Positions 50,501 through 64,000 of a DNA stretch of 64,000 nt are shown piece after piece (the first letter of the stretch is position 1; each line of letters opens with the position of its first letter). The notes under the pieces are model-generated. The model had not been told where the DNA came from. It searched no databases and worked only from the letters and a program-made list of their open reading frames with translations. Source of the stretch: Heptranchias perlo (lineage: Eukaryota); assembly GCF_035084215.1 (NCBI RefSeq), contig NC_090332.1, forward strand, positions 1,860,001-1,924,000. Reading direction: 5' to 3'. Made by a program: the position numbers and the translations under genes.

Positions 50501-53500
50501 AGGAGATACAGTGTATATAGGGAATACTGTTCCTATAGGAGATACAGTGTATGTAGGGAATATGGTTCGTATCGGAGATACATTGTATGTAGGGAATATG
50601 GTTCCTATAGGAGATACAGTTTATGTAGGTAATATGGTCCCTATAGGAGATACAGTGTATGCAGGGAATATGGTTCCTATAGGAGATACAGTGTATGCAG
50701 GGAATATGGTTCCTATAGGAGATACAGTGTATGCAGGGAATATGGTTCCTATAGGAGATACAGTGTATGTAGGGAATACTGTTCCTATAGGAGATACAGT
50801 GTATGTAGGGAACATGGTTCCTATAGGAGGTGCAGTGTATGTAGGGAATATGGTTCCGATAGGAGATACAGTGTATGTAGGGAATATGGTCCCTATAGGA
50901 GGTACAGTGTATGTCGGGAATATTGTTCCTATAAGTGATACAGTGTATGTAGGGAATATGGTCCCTATAGGAGATACAGTGTATGTAGGGAATATTGTTC
51001 CTATAAGAGATACAGTGTATGTAGGGAATATGGTCCCTATAGGAGATACAGTGTATGTAGGGAATATGGTCCCTATAGGAGATACAGTGTATGTAGGGAA
51101 TATGGTCCCTATAGGAGATACAGTGTATGTAGGGAATATGGTCCCTAGAGGAGATACAGTGTATGTAGGGAATATGGTTCCTATAGGAGATACAGTGTAT
51201 GTAGGGAATATGGTCCCTATAGGAGATACAGTGTATGTAGGGAATATGGTTCCAAAAGGAGATACATTGTATATAGGGAATATGGTTCCGATAGGAGATA
51301 CAGTGTATGTAGGGAATATGGTTCCTATAGGAGATACATTGTATGTAGGGAATATGGTTCCTATAGAGATACAGTGTATGTAGGGAATATGGTTCCTATA
51401 GGAGATACATTGTGTGTAGGGAACATGGTTCCTATAGGAGATACAGTGTATGTAGGGAATATGGTTCGTATAGGAGATACATTGTATGTAGGGAATATGG
51501 TTCCTATAGGAGATACAGTTTATGTAGGGAATATGGTCCCTATAGGAGATACAGTGTATGCAGGGAATATGGTTCCTATAGGAGATACAGTGTATGCAGG
51601 GAATATGGTTCCTATAGGAGATACAGTGTATGCAGGGAATATGGTTCCTATAGGAGATACAGTGTATGTAGGGAATACTGTTCCTATAGGAGATACAGTG
51701 TATGTAGGGAACATGGTTCCTATAGGAGGTGCAGTGTATGTAGGGAATATGGTTCCGATAGGAGATACAGTGTATGTAGGGAATATGGTCCCTATAGGAG
51801 GTACAGTGTATGTAGGGAATATTGTTCCCATAAGAGATACAGTGTATGTAGGGAATATGGTCCCTATAGGAGATACAGTGTATGTAGGGAATATTGTTCC
51901 TATAAGAGATACAGTGTATGTTGGGAATATGGTTCCTATAGGAGATACATTGTATGTAGGGAATATGGTTCCGATAGGAGATACAGTGTATGTAGGGAAT
52001 ATGGTCCCTATAGGAGGTACAGTGTATGTAGGGAATATTGTTCCTATAGGAGATACAGTGTATGTAGGGAATATTGTTCCTATAAGAGATACAGTGTATG
52101 TTGGGAATATGGTTCCTATAGGAGATACAGTGTATATAGGGAATACTGTTCCTATAGGAGATACAGTGTATGCAGGGAATATGGTTCCTATAGGAGATAC
52201 AGTGTATGTAGGGAATATGGTTCCTATAGGAGATACAGTGTATGTAGGGAACATGGTTCCTATAGGAGATACAGTGTATGTAGGGAATATGGTTCCTATA
52301 GGAGATACAGTGTATGTAGGGAATATGGTTCCTACAGGAGATACAGTGTATGTAGGGAATATGGTTCCTATAGGAGATACAGTGTATGTAGGGAATATGG
52401 TTCCTACAGGAGATACAGTGTATGTAGGGAATATGGTTCCTATAGGAGATACAGTGTATGTAGGGAATATGGTTCCTATAGGAGATACAGTGTATGTAGG
52501 GAATATGGTTCCTATAGGAGATACAGTGTATGTAGGGAATATGGTTCCTACAGGAGATACAGTGTATGTAGGGAATATGGTTCCTATAGGAGATACAGTG
52601 TATGTAGGGAATATGGTTCCTTTTGGAGATACAATGTATGTAGGGAATATGGTTCCTATAGGAGATACAGTGTATGTAGGGAATATGGTCCCTATCGGAG
52701 ATACAGTGTATGTAGGGAATATGGTTCCTATAGGAGATACAGTGTATGTAGGGAATATGGTTCCTATAGGAGATACAGTGTATGTAGGGAATATGGTCCC
52801 TATAGGAGATACAGTGTATGTAGGGAATATGGTCCCTATAGGAGATACAGTGTATGTAGGGAATATTGTTCCTATATGAGATACAGTGTATGCAGGGAAT
52901 ATGGTTCCTATAGGAGATACAGTGTATGTAGGGAATATGGTTCCTATAGGAGATACAGTGTATGTAGGGAACATGGTTCCTATAGGAGGTACAGTGTATG
53001 TAGGGAATATGGTTCCTATAGGAGATACAGTGTATGCAGGGAATATGGTTCCTATAGGAGATACAGTGTATGTAGGGAATATGGTTCCTATAGGAGATAC
53101 AGTGTATGTAGGGAATATGGTTCCTATAGGAGATACAGTGTATGTAGGGAACATGGTTCCTATAGGAGGTACAGTGTATGTAGGGAATATGGTTCCCATA
53201 GGAGGTACAGTGTATGTAGGGAATATTGTTCCTATAAGTGATACAGTGTATGTAGGGAATATGGTCCCTATAGGAGATATAGTGTATGTAGGGAATATTG
53301 TTCCTATAAGAGATACAGTGTATGTAGGGAATATGGTCCCTATAGGAGATACAGTGTATGTAGGGAATATGGTCCCTATAGGAGATACAGTGTATGTAGG
53401 GAATATGGTCCCTATAGGAGATACAGTGTATGTAGGGAATATGGTCCCTAGAGGAGATACAGTGTATGTAGGGAATATGGTTCCTATAGGAGATACAGTG

Positions 53501-56500
53501 TATGTAGGGAATATGGTCCCTATAGGAGATACAGTGTATGTAGGGAATATGGTTCCAAAAGGAGATACATTGTATGTAGGGAATATGGTTCCGATAGGAG
53601 ATACAGTGTATGTAGGGAATATGGTTCCTATAGGAGATACATTGTATGTAGGGAATATGGTTCCTATAGAGATACAGTGTATGTAGGGAATATGGTTCCT
53701 ATAGGAGATACATTGTGTGTAGGGAACATGGTTCCTATAGGAGATACAGTGTATGTAGGGAATATGGTTCGTATAGGAGATACATTGTATGTAGGGAATA
53801 TGGTTCCTATAGGAGATACAGTTTATGTAGGGAATATGGTCCCTATAGGAGATACAGTGTATGCAGGGAATATGGTTCCTATAGGAGATACAGTGTATGC
53901 AGGGAATATGGTTCCTATAGGAGATACAGTGTATGCAGGGAATATGGTTCCTATAGGAGATACAGTGTATGTAGGGAATACTGTTCCTATAGGAGATACA
54001 GTGTATGTAGGGAACATGGTTCCTATAGGAGGTGCAGTGTATGTAGGGAATATGGTTCCGATAGGAGATACAGTGTATGTAGGGAATATGGTCCCTATAG
54101 GAGGTACAGTGTATGTAGGGAATATTGTTCCTATAAGAGATACAGTGTATGTAGGGAATATGGTCCCTATAGGAGATACAGTGTATGTAGGGAATATTGT
54201 TCCTATAAGAGATACAGTGTATGTTGGGAATATGGTTCCTATAGGAGATACATTGTATGTAGGGAATATGGTTCCGATAGGAGATACAGTGTATGTAGGG
54301 TATATGGTCCCTATAGGAGGTACAGTGTATGTAGGGAATATTGTTCCTATAGGAGATACAGTGTATGTAGGGAATATTGTTCCTATAAGAGATACAGTGT
54401 ATGTTGGGAATATGGTTCCTATAGGAGATACAGTGTATATAGGGAATACTGTTCCTATAGGAGATACAGTGTATGCAGGGAATATGGTTCCTATAGGAGA
54501 TACAGTGTATGTAGGGAATATGGTTCCTATAGGAGATACAGTGTATGTAGGGAACATGGTTCCTATAGGAGATACAGTGTATGTAGGGAATATGGTTCCT
54601 ATAGGAGATACAGTGTATGTAGGGAATATGGTTCCTACAGGAGATACAGTGTATGTAGGGAATATGGTTCCTATAGGAGATACAGTGTATGTAGGGAATA
54701 TGGTTCCTACAGGAGATACAGTGTATGTAGGGAATATGGTTCCTATAGGAGATACAGTGTATGTAGGGAATATGGTTCCTATAGGAGATACAGTGTATGT
54801 AGGGAATATGGTTCCTATAGGAGATACAGTGTATGTAGGGAATATGGTTCCTACAGGAGATACAGTGTATGTAGGGAATATGGTTCCTATAGGAGATACA
54901 GTGTATGTAGGGAATATGGTTCCTTTTGGAGATACAATGTATGTAGGGAATATGGTTCCTATAGGAGATACAGTGTATGTAGGGAATATGGTCCCTATCG
55001 GAGATACAGTGTATGTAGGGAATATGGTTCCTATAGGAGATACAGTGTATGTAGGGAATATGGTTCCTATAGGAGATACAGTGTATGTAGGGAATATGGT
55101 CCCTATAGGAGATACAGTGTATGTAGGGAATATGGTCCCTATAGGAGATACAGTGTATGTAGGGAATATTGTTCCTATATGAGATACAGTGTATGCAGGG
55201 AATATGGTTCCTATAGGAGATACAGTGTATGTAGGGAATATGGTTCCTATAGGAGATACAGTGTAAGTAGGGAACATGGTTCCTATAGGAGGTACAGTGT
55301 ATGTAGGGAATATGGTTCCTATAGGAGATACAGTGTATGCAGGGAATATGGTTCCTATAGGAGATACAGTGTATGTAGGGAATATGGTTCCTATAGGAGA
55401 TACAGTGTATGTAGGGAATATGGTTCCTATAGGAGATACAGTGTATGTAGGGAACATGGTTCCTATAGGAGGTACAGTGTATGTAGGGAATATGGTTCCC
55501 ATAGGAGATACAGTGTATGTAGGGAATACTGTTCCTATGGGAGATACAGTGTATGTAGGGAACATGGTTTCTTTTGGAGGTACAGTGTATGTAGGGAATA
55601 TGGTCCCTATAGGAGATACAGTGTATGCAGGGAACATGGTTCCTATGGGAGATACAGTGTATGTAGGGAATATGGTCCCTATAGGAGATACAGTGTATGC
55701 AGGGAACATGGTTCCTATGGGAGATACAGTGTATGTAGGGAATATGGTCCCTATAGGAGATACAGTGTATGCAGGGAACATGGTCCCAATAGGAGATACA
55801 GTGTATGCAGGGAATATGGTTCCTATAGGAAATACAGTGTATGTCGGGAAAATTGTTCCTGTAAGAGATACAGTGTATGTAGGGAATATGGTCCCTATAG
55901 GAGATACAGTGTATGTAGGGAATATGGTTCCTATAGGAGGTACATTGTATGTAGGGAATATGGTTCCTATAGGAGATACAGTGTATGTAGGGAATCTGGT
56001 TCCTATAGGAGATACAGTGTATGTAGGGAATATGGTTCCTATAGGAGATACAGTGTATGTAGGGAATATGGTTCCTATAGGAGATACAGTGTATGTAGGG
56101 AATATGGTTCCTATAGGAGATACATTGTATGTAGGGAATATGGTTCCTATAGGAGATACAGTGTATGTAGGGAATATGGTTCCTATAGGAGATACAGTGT
56201 ATGTAGGGAATATGGTTCCTATAGGAGATACAGTGTATGTAGGGAATATGGTTCCTATAGGAGATACAGTGTATGTAGGGAATATGGTTCCTATAGGAGA
56301 TACAGTGTATGTAGGGAATACTGTTCCTATAGGAGATACAGTGTATGTGGGGAATATGGTTCCTATAGGAGATACAGTGTATGTAGGGAATATGGTCCCT
56401 ATAGGAGATACAGTGTATGTAGTGAACATGGTTCCTATAGGAGATACAGTGTATGTAGGGAATATGGTTCCTATAGGAGATACAGTGTATGTAGGGAATA

Positions 56501-59500
56501 TGGTTCCTGTAAGAGATACAGTGTATGTAGGGAATATGGTTCCTATAGGAGATACAGTGTATGTAGGGAATATGGTCCCTATAGGAGATACAGTGTATGT
56601 AGGGAACATGGTTCCTATCGGAGATACAGTGTATGTAGGGAATATGGTTCCTGTAAGAGATACAGTGTATGTAGGGAATATGGTTCCTATAGGAGATACA
56701 GTGTATGTAGGGAATATGGTCCCTATAGGAGATACAGTGTATGTAGGGAATATGGTCCCTATAGGAGATACAGTGTATGTAGGGAACATGGTTCCTATAG
56801 GAGATACAGTGTATGTAGGGAATATGGTTCCTGTAAGAGATACAGTGTATGTAGTAAATATGGTTCCTATAGGAGATACAGTGTATGCAGGGAATATGGT
56901 TCCTATAGGAGATACAGTGTATGTAGGGAATATGGTCCCTATAGGAGATACAGTGTATGTAGGGAATATGGTTCCTATAGGAGATACAGTGTATGTAGGG
57001 AACATGGTTCCTATAGGAGGTACAGTGTATGTCGGGAATATGGTTCCTATAGGAGATACAGTGTATGTAGGGAATATGGTCCCTATAGGAGATACAGTGT
57101 ATGTCGGGAATATGGTTCCTATAGGAGATACAGTGTATGTAGGGAATATGGTTCCTATAGGAGATACAGTGTATGTAGGGAATATGGTTCCTATAGGAGA
57201 TACAGTGTATGTAGGGAATATGGTTCCTATAGGAGATACAGTGTATGTAGGGAATATGGTCCCTATAGGAGATACAGTGTATGTAGGGAACATGGTTCCT
57301 ATAGGAGATACAGTGTATGTAGGGAATATGGTTCCTGTAAGAGATACAGTGTATGTAGGGAATATGGTTCCTATAGGAGATACAGTGTATGCAGGGAATA
57401 TGGTTCCTATAGGAGATACAGTGTATGTAGGGAATATGGTCCCTACAGGAGATACAGTGTATGTAGGGAACATGGTTCCTATAGGAGATACAGTGTATGT
57501 AGGGAATATGGTTCCTGTAAGAGATACAGTGTATGTAGGGAATATGGTTCCTATAGGAGATACAGTGTATGTAGGGAATATGGTCCCTATAGGAGATACA
57601 GTGTATGTAGGGAATATGGTTCCTATAGGAGATACAGTGTATGTAGGGAATATGGTTCCTATAGGAGATACAGTGTATGTAGGGAATATGGTCCCGATAG
57701 GAGATACAGTGTATGTCGGGAACATGGTCCCTATAGGAGATACAGTGTATGTAGGGAACATGGTTCCTATAGGAGATACAGTTTATGTAGGGAACATGGT
57801 TCCTATAGGAGATACAGTGTATGTAGGGAACATGGTTCCTATAGGAGATACATTGTATGTAGGGAATATGGTTCCTATAGGAGATACAGTGTATGTAGGG
57901 AATATGGTTCCTATAGGAGATACAGTGTATGTAGGGAATATGGTCCCTATAGGAGGTACAGTGTATGTAGGGAATATGGTCCCTATAGGAGATACAGTGT
58001 ATGTAGGGAATATGGTCCCTATAGGAGATACAGTGTATGTAGGGAACATGGTTCCTATAGGAGATACAGTGCATGTAGGGAATATGGTTCCTATAGGAGA
58101 TACAGTGTATGTAGGGAATATGGTTCCTATAGGAGATACAGTGTATGTAGGGAATATGGTCCCAATAGGAGATACAGTGTATGTAGGGAATATGGTCCCT
58201 ATAGGAGATACAGTGTATGTAGGGAATATGGTTCCTATAGGAGGGACATTGTATGTAGGGAACATGGTTCCTATAGGAGATACAGTGTATGTAGGGAATC
58301 TGGTTCCTATAGGAGATACAGTGTATGTAGGGAATATGGTTCCTATAGGAGATACAGTGTATGTAGGGAATATGGTTCCTATAGGAGATACAGTGTATGT
58401 AGGGAATATGGTTCCTATAGGAGATACATTGTATGTAGGGAATATGGTTCCTATAGGAGATACAGTGTATGTAGGGAATATGGTTCCTATAGGAGATACA
58501 GTGTATGTAGGGAATATGGTTCCTATAGGAGATACAGTGTATGTAGGGAATATGGTTCCTATAGGAGATACAGTGTATGTAGGGAATATGGTTCCTATAG
58601 GAGATACAGTGTATGTAGGGAATACTGTTCCTATAGGAGATACAGTGTATGTGGGGAATGTGGTTCCTATAGGAGATACAGTGTATGTAGGGAATATGGT
58701 CCCTATAGGAGATACAGTATATGTAGTGAACATGGTTCCTATAGGAGATACAGTGTATGTAGGGAATATGGTTCCTATAGGAGATACAGTGTATGTAGGG
58801 AATATGGTTCCTGTAAGAGATACAGTGTATGTAGGGAATATGGTTCCTATAGGAGATACAGTGTATGTAGGGAATATGGTCCCTATAGGAGATACAGTGT
58901 ATGTAGGGAACATGGTTCCTATAGGAGATACAGTGTATGTAGGGAATATGGTTCCTGTAAGAGATACAGTGTATGTAGGGAATATGGTTCCTATAGGAGA
59001 TACAGTGTATGTAGGGAATATGGTCCCTATAGGAGATACAGTGTATGTAGGGAATATGGTCCCTATAGGAGATACAGTGTATGTAGGGAACATGGTTCCT
59101 ATAGGAGATACAGTGTATGTAGGGAATATGGTTCCTGTAAGAGATACAGTGTATGTAGGGAATATGGTTCCTATAGGAGATACAGTGTATGCAGGGAATA
59201 TGGTTCCTATAGGAGATACAGTGTATGTAGGGAATATGGTCCCTATAGGAGATACAGTGTATGTAGGGAATATGGTTCCTATAGGAGATACATTGTATGT
59301 AGGGAACATGGTTCCTTTAGGAGGTACAGTGTATGTAGGGAATATGGTTCCTATAGGAGATACAGTGTATGTAGGGAATATGGTCCCTATAGGAGATACA
59401 GTGTATGTAGGGAATATGGTTCCTATAGGAGATACAGTGTATGTAGGGAATATGGTTCCTATAGGAGATACAGTGTATGTAGGGAATATGGTTCCTATAG

Positions 59501-62500
59501 GAGATACAGTGTATGTAGGGAATATGGTTCCTATAGGAGATACAGTGTATGTAGGGAATATGGTCCCTATAGGAGATACAGTGTATGTAGGGAACATGGT
59601 TCCTATAGGAGATACAGTGTATGTAGGGAATATGGTTCCTGTAAGAGATACAGTGTATGTAGGGAATATGGTTCCTATAGGAGATACAGTGTATGCAGGG
59701 AATATGGTTCCTATAGGAGATACAGTGTATGTAGGGAATATGGTCCCTATAGGAGATACAGTGTATGTAGGGAACATGGTTCCTATAGGAGATACAGTGT
59801 ATGTAGGGAATATGGTTCCTGTAAGAGATACAGTGTATGTAGGGAATATGGTTCCTATAGGAGATACAGTGTATGTAGGGAATATGGTCCCTATAGGAGA
59901 TACAGTGTATGTAGGGAATATGGTTCCTATAGGAGATACAGTGTATGTAGGGAATATGGTTCCTATAGGAGATACAGTGTATGTAGGGAATATGGTCCCG
60001 ATAGGAGATACAGTGTATGTAGGGAACATGGTCCCTATAGGAGATACAGTGTATGTAGGGAACATGGTTCCTATAGGAGATACAGTGTATGTAGGGAACA
60101 TGGTTCCTATAGGAGATACAGTGTATGTAGGGAACATGGTTCCTATAGGAGATACATTGTATGTAGGGAATATGGTTCCTATAGGAGATACAGTGTATGT
60201 AGGGAATATGGTTCCTATAGGAGATACAGTGTATGTAGGGAGTATGGTCCCTATAGGAGGTACAGTGTATGTAGGGAATATGGTCCCTATAGGAGATACA
60301 GTGTATGTAGGGAATATGGTCCCTATAGGAGATACAGTGTATGTAGGGAACATGGTTCCTATAGGAGATACAGTGTATGTAGGGAATATGGTTCCTATAG
60401 GAGATACAGTGTATGTAGGGAATATGGTTCCTATAGGAGATACAGTGTATGTAGGGAATATGGTCCCAATAGGAGATACAGTGTATGTAGGGAATATGGT
60501 TCCTATAGGAGATACAGTGTATGTAGGGAATATGGTCCCTATAGGAGATACAGTGTATGTAGGGAACATGGTTCCTATAGGAGATACAGTGTATGCAGGG
60601 AATATGGTTCCTATAGGAGATACAGTGTATGTAGGGAATATGGTCCCTATAGGAGATACAGTGTATGTAGGGAATATGGTCCCTATAGGAGATACAGTGT
60701 ATGCAGGGAACATGGTTCCTATAGGAGATACAGTGTATGCAGGGAATATGGTTCCTATAGGAGATACAGTGTATGCAGGGAATTTGGTCCCTATAGGAGA
60801 TACAGTGTATGTAGTGAACATGGTTCCTATAGGAGATACAGTGTATGTAGGGAATATGGTTCCTATAGGAGATACAGTGTATGCAGGGAATATGGTTCCT
60901 ATAGGAGATACAGTGTATGTAGGGAATTTGGTCCCTATAGGAGATACAGTGTATGTAGTGAACATGGTTCCTATAGGAGATACAGTGTATGCAGGGAATA
61001 TGGTTCCTATAGGAGATACAGTGTATGTAGGGAATATGGTCCCTATAGGAGATACAGTGTATGCAGGGAATATGGTTCCGATAGGAGATACAGTGTATGT
61101 AGGGAATATGGTTCCTGTAGGAGATACAGTGTATGTAGGGAATATGGTCCCTATAGGAGATACAGTGTATGTAGGGAATATTTTTCCTATAGGAGATACA
61201 GTGTATGTAGGGAATATGGTCCCTATAGGAGATACAGTGTATGTAGGGAATATTGTTCCTATAGGAGATACAGTGTATGTAGGGAATATGGTTCCGAAAG
61301 GAGATACAGTGTATGTAGGGAATATTGTTCCTATAGGAGATACAGTGTATGTAGGGAATATGGTTCCTATAGGAGATACAATGTATGTAGGGAATATGGT
61401 TCCTATAGGAGATACAGTGTATGTAGGGAATATGGTTCCTATAGGAGATGCAATGTATGTAGGGAATATGGTTCCTATTGGAGATACATTGTATGTAGGG
61501 AATATGGTTCCTATAGGAGAGACAGTGTATGTAGGGAATATGGTTCCTATAGGAGATACATTGTATGTAGGGAATATGGTTCCTATAGGAGATACAGTGT
61601 ATGTAGGGAATATGGTTCCTATAGGAGATACAGTGTATGTAGGGAATATGGTTCCTATAGGAGATACAATGTATGTAGGGAATATGGTTCCTATAGGAGA
61701 TACATTGTATGTAGGGAATATGGTTCCTATAGGAGATACAGTGTATGTAGGGAATATGGTTCCTATAGGAGATACAGTGTATGTAGGGAATATGGTTCCT
61801 ATAGGAGATACAGTGTATGTAGGGAATATGGTTCCTATAGGAGATACAGTGTATGTAGGGAATATGGTCCCGATAGGAGATACAGTGTATGTAGGGAACA
61901 TGGTCCCTATAGGAGATACAGTGTATGTAGGGAACATGGTTCCTATAGGAGATACAGTGTATGTAGGGAACATGGTTCCTATAGGAGATACAGTGTATGT
62001 AGGGAACATGGTTCCTATAGGAGATACATTGTATGTAGGGAATATGGTTCCTATAGGAGATACAGTGTATGTAGGGAATATGGTTCCTATAGGAGATACA
62101 GTGTATGTAGGGAATATGGTCCCTATAGGAGGTACAGTGTATGTAGGGAATATGGTCCCTATAGGAGATACAGTGTATGTAGGGAATATGGTCCCTATAG
62201 GAGATACAGTGTATGTAGGGAACATGGTTACTATAGGAGATACAGTGTATGTAGGGAATATGGTTCCTATAGGAGATACAGTGTATGTAGGGAATATGGT
62301 CCCAATAGGAGATACAGTGTATGTAGGGAATATGGTTCCTATAGGAGATACAGTGTTTGTAGGGAATATGGTCCCTATAGGAGATACAGTGTATGTAGTG
62401 AACATGGTTCCTATAGGAGATACAGTGTATGCAGGGAATATGGTTCCTATAGGAGATACAGTGTATGTAGGGAATATGGTCCCTATAGGAGATACAGTGT

Positions 62501-64000
62501 ATGCAGGGAATATGGTTCCGATAGGAGATACAGTGTATGTAGGGAATATGGTTCCTGTAGGAGATACAGTGTATGTAGGGAATATGGTCCCTATAGGAGA
62601 TACAGTGTATGTAGTGAACATGGTTCCTATAGGAGATACAGTGTATGCAGGGAAAATGGTTCCTATAGGAGATACAGTGTATGTAGGGAATATGGTTCCT
62701 ATAGGAGATACAGTGTATGTAGGGAATATGGTCCCTATAGGAGATACAGTGTATGCAGGGAATTTGGTCCCTATAGGAGATACAGTGTATGTAGTGAACA
62801 TGGTTCCTATAGGAGATACAGTGTATGCAGGGAATATGGTCCCTATAGGAGATACAGTGTATGCAGGGAATATGGTCCCTATAGGAGATACAGTGTATGT
62901 AGGGAACATGGTTCCTATAGGAGATACAGTGTATGTAGGGAATATGGTTCCTATAGGAGATACAGTGTATGTAGGGAATATGGTCCCAATAGGAGATACA
63001 GTGTATGTAGGGAATATGGTTCCTATAGGAGATACAGTGTATGTAGGGAATATGGTCCCTATAGGAGATACAGTGTATGTAGGGAATATGGTTCCTATAG
63101 GAGATACAGTGTATGTAGGGAATATGGTCCCTATAGGAGGTACAGTGTATGTAGGGAATATGGTCCCTATAGGAGATACAGTGTATGTAGGGAATATGGT
63201 CCCTATAGGAGATACAGTGTATGTAGGGAACATGGTTCCTATAGGAGATACAGTGCATGTAGGGAATATGGTTCCTATAGGAGATACAGTGTATGTAGGG
63301 AATATGGTTCCTATAGGAGATACAGTGTATGTAGGGAATATGGTCCCAATAGGAGATACAGTGTATGTAGGGAATATGGTCCCTATAGGAGATACAGTGT
63401 ATGTAGGGAATATGGTTCCTATAGGAGGGACATTGTATGTAGGGAACATGGTTCCTATAGGAGATACAGTGTATGTAGGGAATCTGGTTCCTATAGGAGA
63501 TACAGTGTATGTAGGGAATATGGTTCCTATAGGAGATACAGTGTATGTAGGGAATATGGTTCCTATAGGAGATACAGTGTATGTAGGGAATATGGTTCCT
63601 ATAGGAGATACATTGTATGTAGGGAATATGGTTCCTATAGGAGATACAGTGTATGTAGGGAATATGGTTCCTATAGGAGATACAGTGTATGTAGGGAATA
63701 TGGTTCCTATAGGAGATACAGTGTATGTAGGGAATATGGTTCCTATAGGAGATACAGTGTATGTAGGGAATATGGTTCCTATAGGAGATACAGTGTATGT
63801 AGGGAATACTGTTCCTATAGGAGATACAGTGTATGTGGGGAATGTGGTTCCTATAGGAGATACAGTGTATGTAGGGAATATGGTCCCTATAGGAGATACA
63901 GTATATGTAGTGAACATGGTTCCTATAGGAGATACAGTGTATGTAGGGAATATGGTTCCTATAGGAGATACAGTGTATGTAGGGAATATGGTTCCTGTAA
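35512..64000. repeat. 36-bp satellite array B (>28 kb, ~790 units, continues past the window) with higher-order structure
   Basis: Direct tandem repeats with recurring variant blocks. Confidence 0.98.

Larger units (their letters stand above)
27880..64000 (+). repeat. Segmental duplication copy B (paralogous to 251 onward), runs off the window
   Basis: Colinear near-identity with copy A; offset ~27.6 kb at its start. Confidence 0.93.

Overview
Eukaryotic genomic DNA, most likely from a cartilaginous fish (elasmobranch); this is inferred from the CR1/L2 LINE, Deu-type SINE and Penelope repeat content. More than half of the window is tandem satellite: a 36-bp unit at ~5172-10676 and ~35512-64000, and a 26-bp unit at ~1186-2555 and ~28816-31601. 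The very long ORFs in the track are translations of these repeats, not genes. Between the arrays lies one intact-looking 7-exon + strand gene (14234-27721, ~346 aa), which the ORF track shows only in pieces. It encodes a leader, two tandem V-set Ig domains with germline-encoded J-like G strands and no RSS, an uncharged TM, and a tail with a YENI motif plus a complete ITAM (YMAL-x7-YSDL) that forms only on splicing. This is a candidate non-rearranging, antigen-receptor-like activating immunoreceptor. Its third intron holds a decayed third V exon. The gene is bracketed by two copies of a segmental duplication (~251 onward and ~27880 onward). The copies differ in satellite size, a Penelope-like insertion carrying a hammerhead ribozyme motif, a LINE insertion with target deletion, and a 400-bp indel.
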